This document shows positions 39,364-48,721 of a stretch of DNA of 64,000 nucleotides, one piece after another. The translations under genes were made by a program, and so were the position numbers. Below the pieces are notes generated by a model that searched no databases, had not been told where the DNA came from, and saw only the letters and a list, made by a program, of their open reading frames with translations. Within the stretch, counting starts at the first letter, position 1. Each line of letters begins with the position of its first letter. Source of the stretch: a bacterium (GTDB lineage: Archaea > Thermoplasmatota > E2 > JACPAO01 > JAHFTW01); contig JAZJZE010000005.1 of assembly GCA_040390065.1 (NCBI GenBank), positions 32,001-96,000 on the forward strand, written 5' to 3'.

Positions 39364-39749
39364 TGCACCTCGACGTCGGAATCGGTGAACTGGTCGAGGC
39401 TCCCCTGGCCGAGGACGGTGCGGCCGTAGAAGAAGGCGGATGCGCCGAAGAACAGCAGGACGATGCCGGAGCCCATGAGGAGCACGATGGACTCGATGAA
39501 GTTGTGCGAGTCCGCCACCGTGACGCCGTTGGCGGCGTGGTACTTGTCGGGGTAGCCGGAGACGAAGTAGACGGCGCCGGCGACGATGCCGAGGATGCCG
39601 ACGGCGATTGCGACCATGCCGAAGACGGCGAGGCCGGTCAGGTGCGAGTCGACGGCGACCTGGATCTCGGCGTGCAGGTCCATCTTGTCCTCGAGGCGGA
39701 CAGGGGTCATCTCAGGCTCGAGCCTGACGCGGATGCGGTTCTCGTTCAC
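39360..39749 (-). CDS. 2-TM membrane protein of unknown function
   Basis: Two TM helices followed by YGRTVLGQGSL; operonic. Confidence 0.75.
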   Translation of the reverse strand: MNENRIRVRLEPEMTPVRLEDKMDLHAEIQVAVDSHLTGLAVFGMVAIAVGILGIVAGAVYFVSGYPDKYHAANGVTVADSHNFIESIVLLMGSGIVLLFFGASAFFYGRTVLGQGSLDQFTDSDVEVQ

Positions 39750-39753
39750 CGCG

Positions 39754-40965
39754 TCACCTCAGCTTCTTCTCGATGTCGATGGGCATGGAAGCGATGACAT
39801 TGCGGCCCTCGGCCTGGAGTTTGGCGATGGCCTCTTCCCTCGTGGCGGCCCGCACGCGCAGGATGCGCACGCGCTTCTTCGCGCCACCGCTGCGGGGGTC
39901 GGCGCTGGGATGGGCGGCCTCGACCTCGGGCGAGTAGCTCGGGCCGGGGCTGCCGGAGCGGCGCAGGAACGGGCGGCCCGTGTCGACGTTCTCGGCGACC
40001 TCGTAACCGTCCGGCAGCGGCGCAGGGTCGCTCCCCTCGGGCGTGCCTTTGGAGAAGAAGTAGACGCGCTGCGGCTGGTCGCCCTTCAGTTCGTCGCGCT
40101 TGTAGAGCATCCAGTCGCCGTATTGGAATGCCGTTTCCTTGGCTTCCCAGGTCTGGTCGGCGGCCGCGCCGGCCTGCGCGGGAGAAGTCGACTCGGTGCC
40201 CTCGGCCAGTGCTTCGGGTTCGCTGCCAGCTTCCCAGGTCTCGTCGACCTGCTCCGGCGGGAACTCGCCCGACGTCGGGTCGCCAACGGTCCAGCCCTCG
40301 GCACGCAGCTTCTCGGCCTCGGCGGCCGGGTCGACCGTCTCGATGACGGCCTCGTTGAGGCCTGCAGGCTTGAACTCGACGAGCCCTTCCCCAATCTGGT
40401 ACTGGGTCTCGTCCTTCTTGCCCTTGAAGTCGGATCCGCCCTCGCCGGGCTTGGCCGGCTCGGCGCCGCCCACGTCGCCCGTTGCGGCGCCTTCCATGAG
40501 TTCCTCGGTCGTGGGGGCGGCCGAGATTTCCTCGGCGCCGGCCGCGTCCTCGCGCGGGCCGCCTTCGCCCCAGTCGTCGAAGTCGGACAGGGTGCCCTCG
40601 GCCACTAGGCGGTCGACTTCCTCCATGGAGGGGCCGCCTTCGAAGACCTCGGTGCCGGCTTCGAGGCCGGTTCCGAGACCGAGCGGGTCGCTGGCGAGTT
40701 CGCTCTCGTCGACGCCGACGACCATGAGGAACTCCTTCGTTCCGGCGCCAGTGTATTCGACCTCGATGATGCGGTCCTCGGAATCGGCGGGTGCGCCGCC
40801 GGCGCTCTCATGGCGGGGAGCCCCATGCAGGGCAGCGCGGATTTCGTGTTCGGAGTACCCGAGGCGACGCAACATCGACTCCAGGTACGGTCGGTCGGTG
40901 GCCGCGGAAGGGTCGAGCGCAAGGGTATCGAGCGTTCGCCGGACGGGGTCGACGGCAGTCGCCAT
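39754..40965 (-). CDS. Acidic, largely disordered protein with small terminal domains
   Basis: N-terminal LRRLGYSEHEIRAAL; E/D-rich core; YFFSK...LPDGYEV..N..TGRPFLRR domain; C-terminal VRAATREEAIAKLQAEG. Confidence 0.8.
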   Translation of the reverse strand: MATAVDPVRRTLDTLALDPSAATDRPYLESMLRRLGYSEHEIRAALHGAPRHESAGGAPADSEDRIIEVEYTGAGTKEFLMVVGVDESELASDPLGLGTGLEAGTEVFEGGPSMEEVDRLVAEGTLSDFDDWGEGGPREDAAGAEEISAAPTTEELMEGAATGDVGGAEPAKPGEGGSDFKGKKDETQYQIGEGLVEFKPAGLNEAVIETVDPAAEAEKLRAEGWTVGDPTSGEFPPEQVDETWEAGSEPEALAEGTESTSPAQAGAAADQTWEAKETAFQYGDWMLYKRDELKGDQPQRVYFFSKGTPEGSDPAPLPDGYEVAENVDTGRPFLRRSGSPGPSYSPEVEAAHPSADPRSGGAKKRVRILRVRAATREEAIAKLQAEGRNVIASMPIDIEKKLR

Positions 40966-41183
40966 GGCATTTCTTCAAGATGGGACGCCTTCAAGAGGCT
41001 TGTCTTTGACGCTAGGAGAGAAACGGGTGGGGGAGGCGGCCTGGCGGCGGACCGGTTTTTTATAAGCCGCGAACCACGTGGAAAGGCAGGTTTTCCAGGA
41101 GAAGAGGTGGTCCTTTTCCCGTCGCCTGCACGCGGCTGGCAACTTTTAAAGGGGCGCCGTGTAGCCGCCTCCCCGGGCACGTC

Positions 41184-42554
41184 ATGATCACCTTCGGTCC
41201 CGCCGGAATCCCGCTGTCGTGCAAGGGGCGCACGGTGCGGGACGGCATCATCTACACGCGCAACCTGGAACTGGATGCGATGGAAGTCCAGTTCGTGCGC
41301 GGCATCCGCATGACGGAGGAGGAGGCCAAGAAGGTCCGCGAGACGGCCCAGCAAGCGGGCGTCGAGCTCCACGTCAAGGCTCCGTATTACATCAACCTGG
41401 CCGGCGACGAGGCCAACGTCGAGATGTCCTTCCAGAAGATCCTGGCGACCGGGAAACTGGGCCATGAGATGGGCGCCCAGACGGTCGTCTTCCACCCCGG
41501 CTTCTACGGCGAATTGTCCAAGGAGGAGACGATGGCGCGCATCGTCAAGAACGTGCGCGAACTGCGCAACGTCTTCGTGCGCGAGGCCTGGACGCCGCGG
41601 CTTGGCATCGAGGTCATGGGCAAGCGCAACGTCTTCGGCAGCCTCGAGGAAGTGATCGAGGTCTGCCAGAAGGTGAAGGGCGTCGTCCCCGTCGTCGACT
41701 TTGCGCACATCCACGCGCGCGGCAACGGCATCCTGCAGAATCCCGAGGACTTCGTGGCCGTCTTCGAGAAACTGGCCCCCCTCAAGCTCGACCACTACCT
41801 CCTGCACTTCACGGGCATCCACTACGAGAACGGCAACGCCCGCTACCGCCTGCCCATCAAGAAGGGCGACCTCAAGTTCGAGCCGCTGGTCGACGTGCTC
41901 CTCGACGCCAACATGTCGGCCACCATCATCTCGACCTCGCCCATCCTCGAGCACGACGCGATGTACATGAACATCGTCTTCGACCGCGTCAAGGAACGCC
42001 GCGACGCGCGCGTCGCCAAGGAACTCCAGGACGCGATCAAGCAGGAAGAGCAGGCCAAGGTCGCGGACGAGCGCCGCAAGAAGGCCGACGAGGAGCGCGC
42101 CCGCAAGGCCGACGAGGAGCAGAAGCGCCGCGCCGAGAAGGAAGCCGAGAAGCTGCGCCGCGAAGAGGAGAAGCGCCTCGCCTTGGAGGAAGAGGCTGCC
42201 CGCAAGGCCGCCATCCCCGATTGCGCTGCCGTCACCAAATCCGGCACCCCGTGCAAGAAGAAGGCGGACGGCCGCGGCCGCTTCTGCATCCAGCACAAGG
42301 GCTGGCGCGGCATGACGATCGATGAGCTTCCGGAGAACCAGAAGCCGCGCGTCAAGCAGTCCACGGCGAAGGTCCGCCAGCAGGTGCAGGTGGACGAGTT
42401 CAAGCTCTGGAAGAAGGACGAGCGCTTCGTCTTCATGAAGGAGAAGAAGGAAGGCTACGCCGCCATCTTCAAGGTCCCCGACGGCAAGGAGGTGCGCTAC
42501 AACAAGCAGCGCATCCCCATCCTGCGCGCCGCCGGCGAAGCCGACGAGGAGTGA
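41184..42554 (+). CDS. Endonuclease IV-like (AP endonuclease family 2 TIM barrel) with long C-terminal extension
   Basis: FGPAGIP, MEVQFVRG, APYYINL, VFHPGFY, EVMGK..FGSLEE, DFAHIHAR, HFTGI; then an EK/R coiled coil and CAAVTKSGTPC...FCIQH. Confidence 0.85.
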   Translation: MITFGPAGIPLSCKGRTVRDGIIYTRNLELDAMEVQFVRGIRMTEEEAKKVRETAQQAGVELHVKAPYYINLAGDEANVEMSFQKILATGKLGHEMGAQTVVFHPGFYGELSKEETMARIVKNVRELRNVFVREAWTPRLGIEVMGKRNVFGSLEEVIEVCQKVKGVVPVVDFAHIHARGNGILQNPEDFVAVFEKLAPLKLDHYLLHFTGIHYENGNARYRLPIKKGDLKFEPLVDVLLDANMSATIISTSPILEHDAMYMNIVFDRVKERRDARVAKELQDAIKQEEQAKVADERRKKADEERARKADEEQKRRAEKEAEKLRREEEKRLALEEEAARKAAIPDCAAVTKSGTPCKKKADGRGRFCIQHKGWRGMTIDELPENQKPRVKQSTAKVRQQVQVDEFKLWKKDERFVFMKEKKEGYAAIFKVPDGKEVRYNKQRIPILRAAGEADEE

Positions 42555-42588
42555 GTCGCACGCACGCGGGCACCGAGGGCTGGACGGC

Positions 42589-43134
42589 ATGAAGTTCACG
42601 GAGCCCCTCGACTACATCGAGGCCGCCGCCCGCAAGACGCTCGAGCTCAACAAGGAGGATCTCGAGGCCTTCGTGAAGGTCCTGCAGCCGGCCCGCCGCG
42701 TCTTCCTCTACGGTCGCGGCCGTTCGGGCTTCGTGGCGCGGGCGTTTGCCGTCCGCCTCATGCACCTCGGCTACCAGACGTACGTCATCGGCGAGACCAT
42801 CACGGCGCCGGTCAAGCGCGACGACGTCGTCATCCTCGTGTCCGGCTCCGGCACGACGTACCCAGTCGTCATGACGGCCGAGCTCGGCCGCCGCCAGGGC
42901 GCGACGGTCGTGGCCATCACGGCGCAGCCCGAATCCGACATCGCGCGCTTGGCCCACGTGGTCGTCCCCATCATCCCGCCCGAAGGCAACGGCGACCGCG
43001 CCCGGCTTGCCCCCCTCGGCACGCTGTTCGAGACGAGCGCATGGCTGTTCTTCGACGCCGTGGTCGCCTTGCTGATGGAGACGCTTGGGGAGACGGAGGC
43101 GTCGATGATGCGACGCCATGCTACGCTCGAGTAG
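42589..43134 (+). CDS. hxlB: 6-phospho-3-hexuloisomerase (SIS)
   Basis: GRGRSG..ARAFAVRLMHLG, VIGETIT, SGSGTT, APLGTLFE, RHATLE. Confidence 0.9.
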   Translation: MKFTEPLDYIEAAARKTLELNKEDLEAFVKVLQPARRVFLYGRGRSGFVARAFAVRLMHLGYQTYVIGETITAPVKRDDVVILVSGSGTTYPVVMTAELGRRQGATVVAITAQPESDIARLAHVVVPIIPPEGNGDRARLAPLGTLFETSAWLFFDAVVALLMETLGETEASMMRRHATLE

Positions 43135-43340
43135 GCCGAAGGCCACGAGAGCGTGTTTGGCGTCGCAGCGATGCGAAGCGAGCGGACCGGCCGGCCCGCA
43201 AGGGCCGGGCGGGGAGAAGGCATGCGACGCTCGAGTGAGCAGGGCGAACGAGCGCGCTTGCTTTCGCAGCGATGCGTAGCGAGCGGACCCGGCCGGCCCG
43301 CAAGGGCCGGGCGGGGCGACGCCGTGCTCCGGTGGAATGA
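43111..43340 (+). repeat. Tandem array: hxlB last 8 codons x3, separated by two ~52-nt hairpin repeats
   Basis: TCGCAGCGATGCG(A/T)AGCGAGCGGACC(C)GGCCGGCCCGCAAGGGCCGGGCGGGG at 43163-43214 and 43264-43316. Confidence 0.85.
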
Positions 43341-43343
43341 TTC

Positions 43344-46300
43344 TCAGCGCTTGCGCCCGGCGGCCACGATGGCAGCCACGAGGATGGCGGCCAGGACGAT
43401 GGCGCCAGCCCCGATGGCCCACATTGCAACTCCGGATGTACCGGGGGAGGACACGTCACGGGCGCGCGCAGCGGAAGCGACCGTCGTCGGGCCTTGGAAC
43501 ACCTGTGTCGCGCCCGAGCCTTCGTGGGCCTTCATGCTGATAGTGTAGCCGCCGGGCGTCGCATAGCGGTGGGTCGCGGCGCCCTGCGACGTCTCCGCTG
43601 GCGTGCCATCGCCGAAGTCCCAATCGTAGGAGGTCGCGGAGACGGTCGGCGTGACGCTGACGAGACCGTCGTCGCCCTGCACGACCGTGAAGCCCTCGAA
43701 TGTCCCTGACGGACCCGATCCGGGCGAGATTGGCGTGGACGTCGGCGAGGCGGCGTCCGTGACCTGGATCTCGACTTGGTCCATTGCGCTCACGAGGCCG
43801 TCGTCGACGACGAGACTGAAGCGGTACGTCCCTGGAGCCACGGCGGCAAACGACGCGGTCTGCTGCTGTGCATCCGACAGCACGGCGGATGGTCCGGCGA
43901 CCTGCATCCACTGATACGTGAGGAGGTCGCCGTCGGGGTCGGACGATGCGGTGCCATCCAGCATCACCGTCGCTCCGACGCTGGCCGGCTCGGGGACGAG
44001 GATGGTCGCCGTGGGCGCCGCGTTCGTCGGGCGCACCGTCACCATCACGCCGTCGAGGGCCCGCGCCGAGCCGTCGCTTGCCGCGACCTCGAAATACAGC
44101 GTCGCGACCGGGCCGTCGAAGGAGGGCGCCTTGAAACTCAACGTCGGCGTGTCGGCTCCGGACAGGGCTGCGGCTGGCCCGGCGGTCTGCGTCCACGACC
44201 AGAGGACAGCGCCGCTTGCGCCGGTCGCGGTGGCTTGCAGTGACACATCCGATCCCGTGGCCGTCGTCCGGTCAGCGCCGGCGCTCACCGCCAGCAGTTG
44301 GCCGCTTCCTCCCAGATCCCCGCCGGAGCCGGCGGATCCACCGCTCGCGCCGCCCGAGCCCTGCGAGCCGCCGGATGTGGGCGGGTTCTGCGGCGGCGGC
44401 GCGCCTCCCGTTGGGGCGACGACTGAGATGGCCTTGCACGTCGGGCTGCCCTCGGCGCCGTATGAGTCGATGGCGGACAGGCAGACGGTCGCCTGCCCGA
44501 CCGTCCCGAAGATGTGGTCTGGCGCGTGCGACGTGGACTTGTAGCCGTCCCCGAAGTTCCAGTTCCATGCCACGACGGAGTCGCCCGGGTCCGAGTCCGT
44601 GGAGCTGTCGACGAATGTGACGCTGTTGCCGACCACGACGGTCGTGGGGGAGGCGGAGAATCGGGCAACGGGCGGCACGTCGGGGGCGACGTTGATGGTC
44701 ACCGTGGCGCACGGACTGTCCAGGGGGTCGGGGTCTGTCACCTTGTAGGTGAACGTCACGGGTCCCGTGAACGAGGCCGGCGCGGCGTAGATGAAGTGGC
44801 CATCGGCTGCGATGGGCGGCGTGCCGACGAGGCTGCCCGTCGTCGGGAACACGCAGACGCTTGGGACCACGGTGTCGCCGTCGGTGTCGCCGTCGTTTGC
44901 GAGCACGGGCGAAAGACCTCGGGCCAGCGTGCTCATGGAGTAGCCCGACGCCGCGTTGTACGTGTCGTCCCCGGCGTAGGGTTTGATGATCGTGCAGGCG
45001 ACGGTGAGCGTCACTTGCACCGGCGCACTGTATGTCGGCGGGGTCAGGCCGGTCGGGCTGTTGTCGTCGAGGAGTTCGTACTTGAACGAGTCCGTGCCAC
45101 AGAAGTGCACGTTCGGGATGTACCTGAACGAGCCATCCGACGAGATGACGGGGCTTGTGCCGGTGCCGTCGCCCTTGAGGAGCTGACCGGACGACGGACC
45201 CGTGAACACGACGGCGTTGTCCTGGCTGATGTGCGATGGCACGGGCACGGGGCTCGCGAGGTCGTCGCGGTCCTTCTCGCCAGAGCTGCACTTGAGGCCG
45301 AACGGGGGCGACCCAGTGCACGTGGCGGGCACGCCGAAGTAGGATGGCGTCACGGCTGCGCAACTCGTCTGGGGCAGCGGGCTGCAGTCCTCGTCGACGT
45401 TGTAGGCATCGGCGGTCGCGATGGGAACGTCCGCGATGCACGTGACCTGGATCGTGGCCTTGGCCGCCGTGGCGCTGAACGTCGACCCGTCCTTCACCTT
45501 GAACGTGAATGCATCGTCGTTGCCGACGGAGAAGGCCGGACCGTTGCAGTAGTCGTCGTTCGGCTGGTACTTGACGTCGTACGTCGGCGACGCGGCCGCA
45601 GTCACCGTGTTGCAACTCGGCGGGTTGCCCTTGAGAACGCCGCGGGTCGGGTTGGATGCGATGCAGAAGTACATGGGGTCGCCGGGATCCGCGTCGGTTC
45701 CAGCTAGCGTGATGGTCGCGTACGGAGAAGCGCAGCCGGATGCCGGCGTCGTGCTGCAGTCCTCGTCGACGGTGTACGTCGCCGGGGTCGCGACGGGAGC
45801 CTGGTTGGCCGGGGGTGCGGCGCCGCGGTAGTACCGCACGGCCACGCTGTTGAGGGTCCAATCCGACGACGCGCTCGAGTCCAGCCAGGTGAGGCCGCTG
45901 TTGCCCGTATTGTCCTGCAGGCCACCGATGGCGTGGTGGTTGTCGTCCACGGGCGCGACGGATTGGTAGTGCACCTCGATGGAGTCGTCCACCTCGAACA
46001 GCTTGATCTCCCAAGAACCGGGACTCGACGAGGATGGACTGTAGTACGGCACGTTGTTCATTTCGTAGATGAAGACGCGGTTGGGCGACGTGCCGACCAC
46101 TTGGTAGTAGGTGCAAACGCAGCTCCCAGAATTCAAGTCCGTCCAGTACGCGGACACGAAGTTGTAGGGGCCGCAGCACGAGGACGGGATGGTCTGCGGC
46201 GTGTAGCTCGTGCAAGTGCCCGCGTCAAAGCACAGGTAGCCGTTCGAGGCCAGTTCGACCTTCTGGACTGCGTTGCCACAGAAATCGAATTCCCATGCCC

Positions 46301-46547
46301 CGGGAAGCGGGGGCGGCAGCGCCGACAGGCTCACCGACGTCGAGACGTCATCGCCCGCGGGGCCCGCTGTGCCCGTCGTCGAGATGTCGACGAAATCGTA
46401 GGCGGGGCCGCCGCCTGAGTTGCTGTCGATGAAATAGTACCCGCAGCCATCGGGACCCCCCGTGTTGGCCGATGCGGGGTGGACCAGCAACAGGAGAGTC
46501 GTGGCCGCCGCGGCCGCTAGCAAGAACCCAAGAATGCGCCCAACCAT
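43344..46547 (-). CDS. Large surface adhesin-like protein with Ig-like (Big_9/tandem-95) and PKD domains and C-terminal TM
   Basis: Signal peptide; NQAPVA..YTVDED, GTDSFKY, WNFGDG, SSDPDGDLLTYQWMQVAGP motifs. Confidence 0.85.
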   Translation of the reverse strand: MVGRILGFLLAAAAATTLLLLVHPASANTGGPDGCGYYFIDSNSGGGPAYDFVDISTTGTAGPAGDDVSTSVSLSALPPPLPGAWEFDFCGNAVQKVELASNGYLCFDAGTCTSYTPQTIPSSCCGPYNFVSAYWTDLNSGSCVCTYYQVVGTSPNRVFIYEMNNVPYYSPSSSSPGSWEIKLFEVDDSIEVHYQSVAPVDDNHHAIGGLQDNTGNSGLTWLDSSASSDWTLNSVAVRYYRGAAPPANQAPVATPATYTVDEDCSTTPASGCASPYATITLAGTDADPGDPMYFCIASNPTRGVLKGNPPSCNTVTAAASPTYDVKYQPNDDYCNGPAFSVGNDDAFTFKVKDGSTFSATAAKATIQVTCIADVPIATADAYNVDEDCSPLPQTSCAAVTPSYFGVPATCTGSPPFGLKCSSGEKDRDDLASPVPVPSHISQDNAVVFTGPSSGQLLKGDGTGTSPVISSDGSFRYIPNVHFCGTDSFKYELLDDNSPTGLTPPTYSAPVQVTLTVACTIIKPYAGDDTYNAASGYSMSTLARGLSPVLANDGDTDGDTVVPSVCVFPTTGSLVGTPPIAADGHFIYAAPASFTGPVTFTYKVTDPDPLDSPCATVTINVAPDVPPVARFSASPTTVVVGNSVTFVDSSTDSDPGDSVVAWNWNFGDGYKSTSHAPDHIFGTVGQATVCLSAIDSYGAEGSPTCKAISVVAPTGGAPPPQNPPTSGGSQGSGGASGGSAGSGGDLGGSGQLLAVSAGADRTTATGSDVSLQATATGASGAVLWSWTQTAGPAAALSGADTPTLSFKAPSFDGPVATLYFEVAASDGSARALDGVMVTVRPTNAAPTATILVPEPASVGATVMLDGTASSDPDGDLLTYQWMQVAGPSAVLSDAQQQTASFAAVAPGTYRFSLVVDDGLVSAMDQVEIQVTDAASPTSTPISPGSGPSGTFEGFTVVQGDDGLVSVTPTVSATSYDWDFGDGTPAETSQGAATHRYATPGGYTISMKAHEGSGATQVFQGPTTVASAARARDVSSPGTSGVAMWAIGAGAIVLAAILVAAIVAAGRKR

Positions 46548-46733
46548 CCAATCGACCACCGCCGGGAGGCGGACAGAAGGGCGACCGGCTTCTGCGCCTT
46601 AACGGCGTCGCCGCGGTCCCCAATCATCTACAGCCTATCACGGCAATTCGCCCAGGAAGGGCGCCGGAAAGCCCAGCGAACCGCACGTTCTTGCGCGTCC
46701 TGCTGCGAAAACACGCGTGGACGCTGGGCGAGG

Positions 46734-46799
46734 TCAGAACGGCCGCTTCGGCAAACCCTTCGCCGCATCGAAGTTGACCCAGACCTTCACGCCGCACCA
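46734..46799 (-). repeat. Duplicate of the last 22 codons (including stop) of the thyX-like gene
   Basis: 63/64 identity between 46736-46799 and 46882-46945; the one difference is synonymous (Val GTC/GTG) and the stop is TGA vs TAG. Confidence 0.95.
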
Positions 46800-46879
46800 C
46801 GACCTGCAGTCAGGTCGATCAACACGGGTGGGACCTCCGGCTTTCCAAGCCTGCGGCCCCACGCCACTGCTTGAGGTCT

Positions 46880-48649
46880 CTAGAACGGCCGCTTCGGCAA
46901 ACCCTTCGCCGCATCGAAGTTCACCCAGACCTTCACGCCGCACCATTTGTCCCCTTCCGGGCAGCAGGCCACAGGGTCGTCCTGCTTGTCGCGCGGTTGG
47001 CGGGGCGCCACGAAGCTGCACGGCGGGCCCAGCCAACGCGTGAGTTCGGGGTGAGCCGCCTGCGCCTGGCGAAGCTCGGCGATGGACGCGTCGAAGATCT
47101 CCTTCTGCGCGTTGAAGCACGTTCGCAGCCGCCACTTGTGGATGAACGCCAACAGATCGCCGGATTGGGTGAACGTGATGTTCGTCGCATTCGGGAGCAA
47201 GTAGGTGCAGTCGTCCGCCGGGATGCCCCGTTCACGCAGCTTGGCGATGGCAGCCCAAAGCGCTGCGATGGCGTCGTCGTAGACGCGGCGGCCGTCGGCG
47301 TCCGCAGCGACAATCTCGGGCACGTGCACGTCGGGCTTGGCCGAGAGACAGCGCGTCAAGACGGGGCGCGTACCTGGGGTCATGCGGTGGCGCTGGTCCT
47401 GCGCGTAGGCCGTCAGGCTGAGGCGCTTGCGGAACGTGTAGTGCACGTGGTGCAGGGCGCGAAGGACCGGGCTGTGGTCCCACGTGTTGAGGGTGTCCGC
47501 CCACGCGGCGTTTCGCGCGGGGTCCATGACTTCGCGCAGGAGTTCGGCGTCCGGGAGGGCGGAACCCGTCGTCTCGCGGACCGCCTGCAGGACCACGGCC
47601 GCGGCGTTGGGCGTCGCGGCCAAGAGAACAGCGGGGGTTCCGGCGGGGATGCCGTCGGCTGGCTGCGACGAGACCGTGGCGCCCGACAACATCGTCTCGA
47701 CGTGCTCTGCGCGTGGCCGCGTCTGCTCCTCGATCTGGCCGACGAACTGCGGGTCGACGCGGCGGATCTCCTCGACCATCTGGTCCACGATGGTGCGCGC
47801 CTCGCGGGCGGCGTCGCCGGCCTCGCACATGCGGATGTAGCGCAGCAGCACGATGCCGGACACCGTGTGGTAAAGTTGCGTCGCGGCCGCGATGGGGATG
47901 ACGTAGCGCGCCATCTCCTGCGACTTCTTCTCCGCCTCCTTGTGGATGGTCTTGTCCGACTGGCCCTTGATGCGGCCAATCGCCGTCATCGTGCGGATGT
48001 TGGCATCCACGAGGCTGTCGCGCAGAGTGTGGTAGGCGTCCCAGGCCGTGCGGACGGCGCCCTCGTAGGCGGCGCGGGCTTGCGGATCTGCGCGCACCGT
48101 CGCAGGGATGTGCACCTCGGCGCGCTTCATCTCGACGTAGCGCTGGCTCTGCTGCTCCGAGTTGTAGAACGTGTGGTTATGGAGGAAGGACTCGACGACG
48201 TTGCGGCTGACGCCCTCCAACGCGAAGACGAAGGTCGGGTGCTGGAACGGCGTGTGGTGGCCGGCCTCGTAGATGCCGTGCGCGATGCGGGCGTCGCCGG
48301 CCGAGCGTTGGCGCGCCAAGTCGGCAAATGCGGCGAGCGCCGTGCGCACATCCAGACTGGACACCTTGAGCGACACGCGTTCAACAATCTGCACGCGCTT
48401 GTCGTGCGGCGTGTCGAGGCGACCAATCTCGTCGAGTTCCGCCTTGAACGACGGCAGCGCGTCCAAGAGCGACTTGCGCTCGCGTTCGCCCTTCGAGTCG
48501 AGGCGGCCGACGAAGACGAAGTCCTGCGCGTAGCAGGTGCGCGCCGACGCCACGGACAATTCGTAGGGACGCGCCGTGTGGGCGACCAGGCGGACGCGGG
48601 GCTCCGCGACGAGGATGTCGCGCGCCCCCGTCGATTCCAGCTGGGCCAC
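46880..48649 (-). CDS. thyX: FAD-dependent thymidylate synthase with two tandem ThyX domains
   Basis: Domain 1 GHHTPFQH..F.LEGVSR...QQSQRYV...MARYVIP; domain 2 AQDQRHR...YLLPNA...LRTCFNAQKEI. Confidence 0.85.
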   Translation of the reverse strand: MAQLESTGARDILVAEPRVRLVAHTARPYELSVASARTCYAQDFVFVGRLDSKGERERKSLLDALPSFKAELDEIGRLDTPHDKRVQIVERVSLKVSSLDVRTALAAFADLARQRSAGDARIAHGIYEAGHHTPFQHPTFVFALEGVSRNVVESFLHNHTFYNSEQQSQRYVEMKRAEVHIPATVRADPQARAAYEGAVRTAWDAYHTLRDSLVDANIRTMTAIGRIKGQSDKTIHKEAEKKSQEMARYVIPIAAATQLYHTVSGIVLLRYIRMCEAGDAAREARTIVDQMVEEIRRVDPQFVGQIEEQTRPRAEHVETMLSGATVSSQPADGIPAGTPAVLLAATPNAAAVVLQAVRETTGSALPDAELLREVMDPARNAAWADTLNTWDHSPVLRALHHVHYTFRKRLSLTAYAQDQRHRMTPGTRPVLTRCLSAKPDVHVPEIVAADADGRRVYDDAIAALWAAIAKLRERGIPADDCTYLLPNATNITFTQSGDLLAFIHKWRLRTCFNAQKEIFDASIAELRQAQAAHPELTRWLGPPCSFVAPRQPRDKQDDPVACCPEGDKWCGVKVWVNFDAAKGLPKRPF

Positions 48650-48721
48650 GGATTCACCACCCGCTGCGGGGGTTTGAACCCTTCTTGACCGGAGGCGGCC
48701 CCTAGGGGAGTCCGACCTTCG

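Noticed and set aside
43163-43316. Possible CRISPR mini-array
   Set aside because: Only two ~52-nt repeats, the intervening sequence is the gene's own tail, and there are no cas genes.
46800-46862. Two-hairpin motif as group II intron domains V/VI
   Set aside because: Lacks a recognisable AGC/CGC triad domain V geometry and upstream intron domains.
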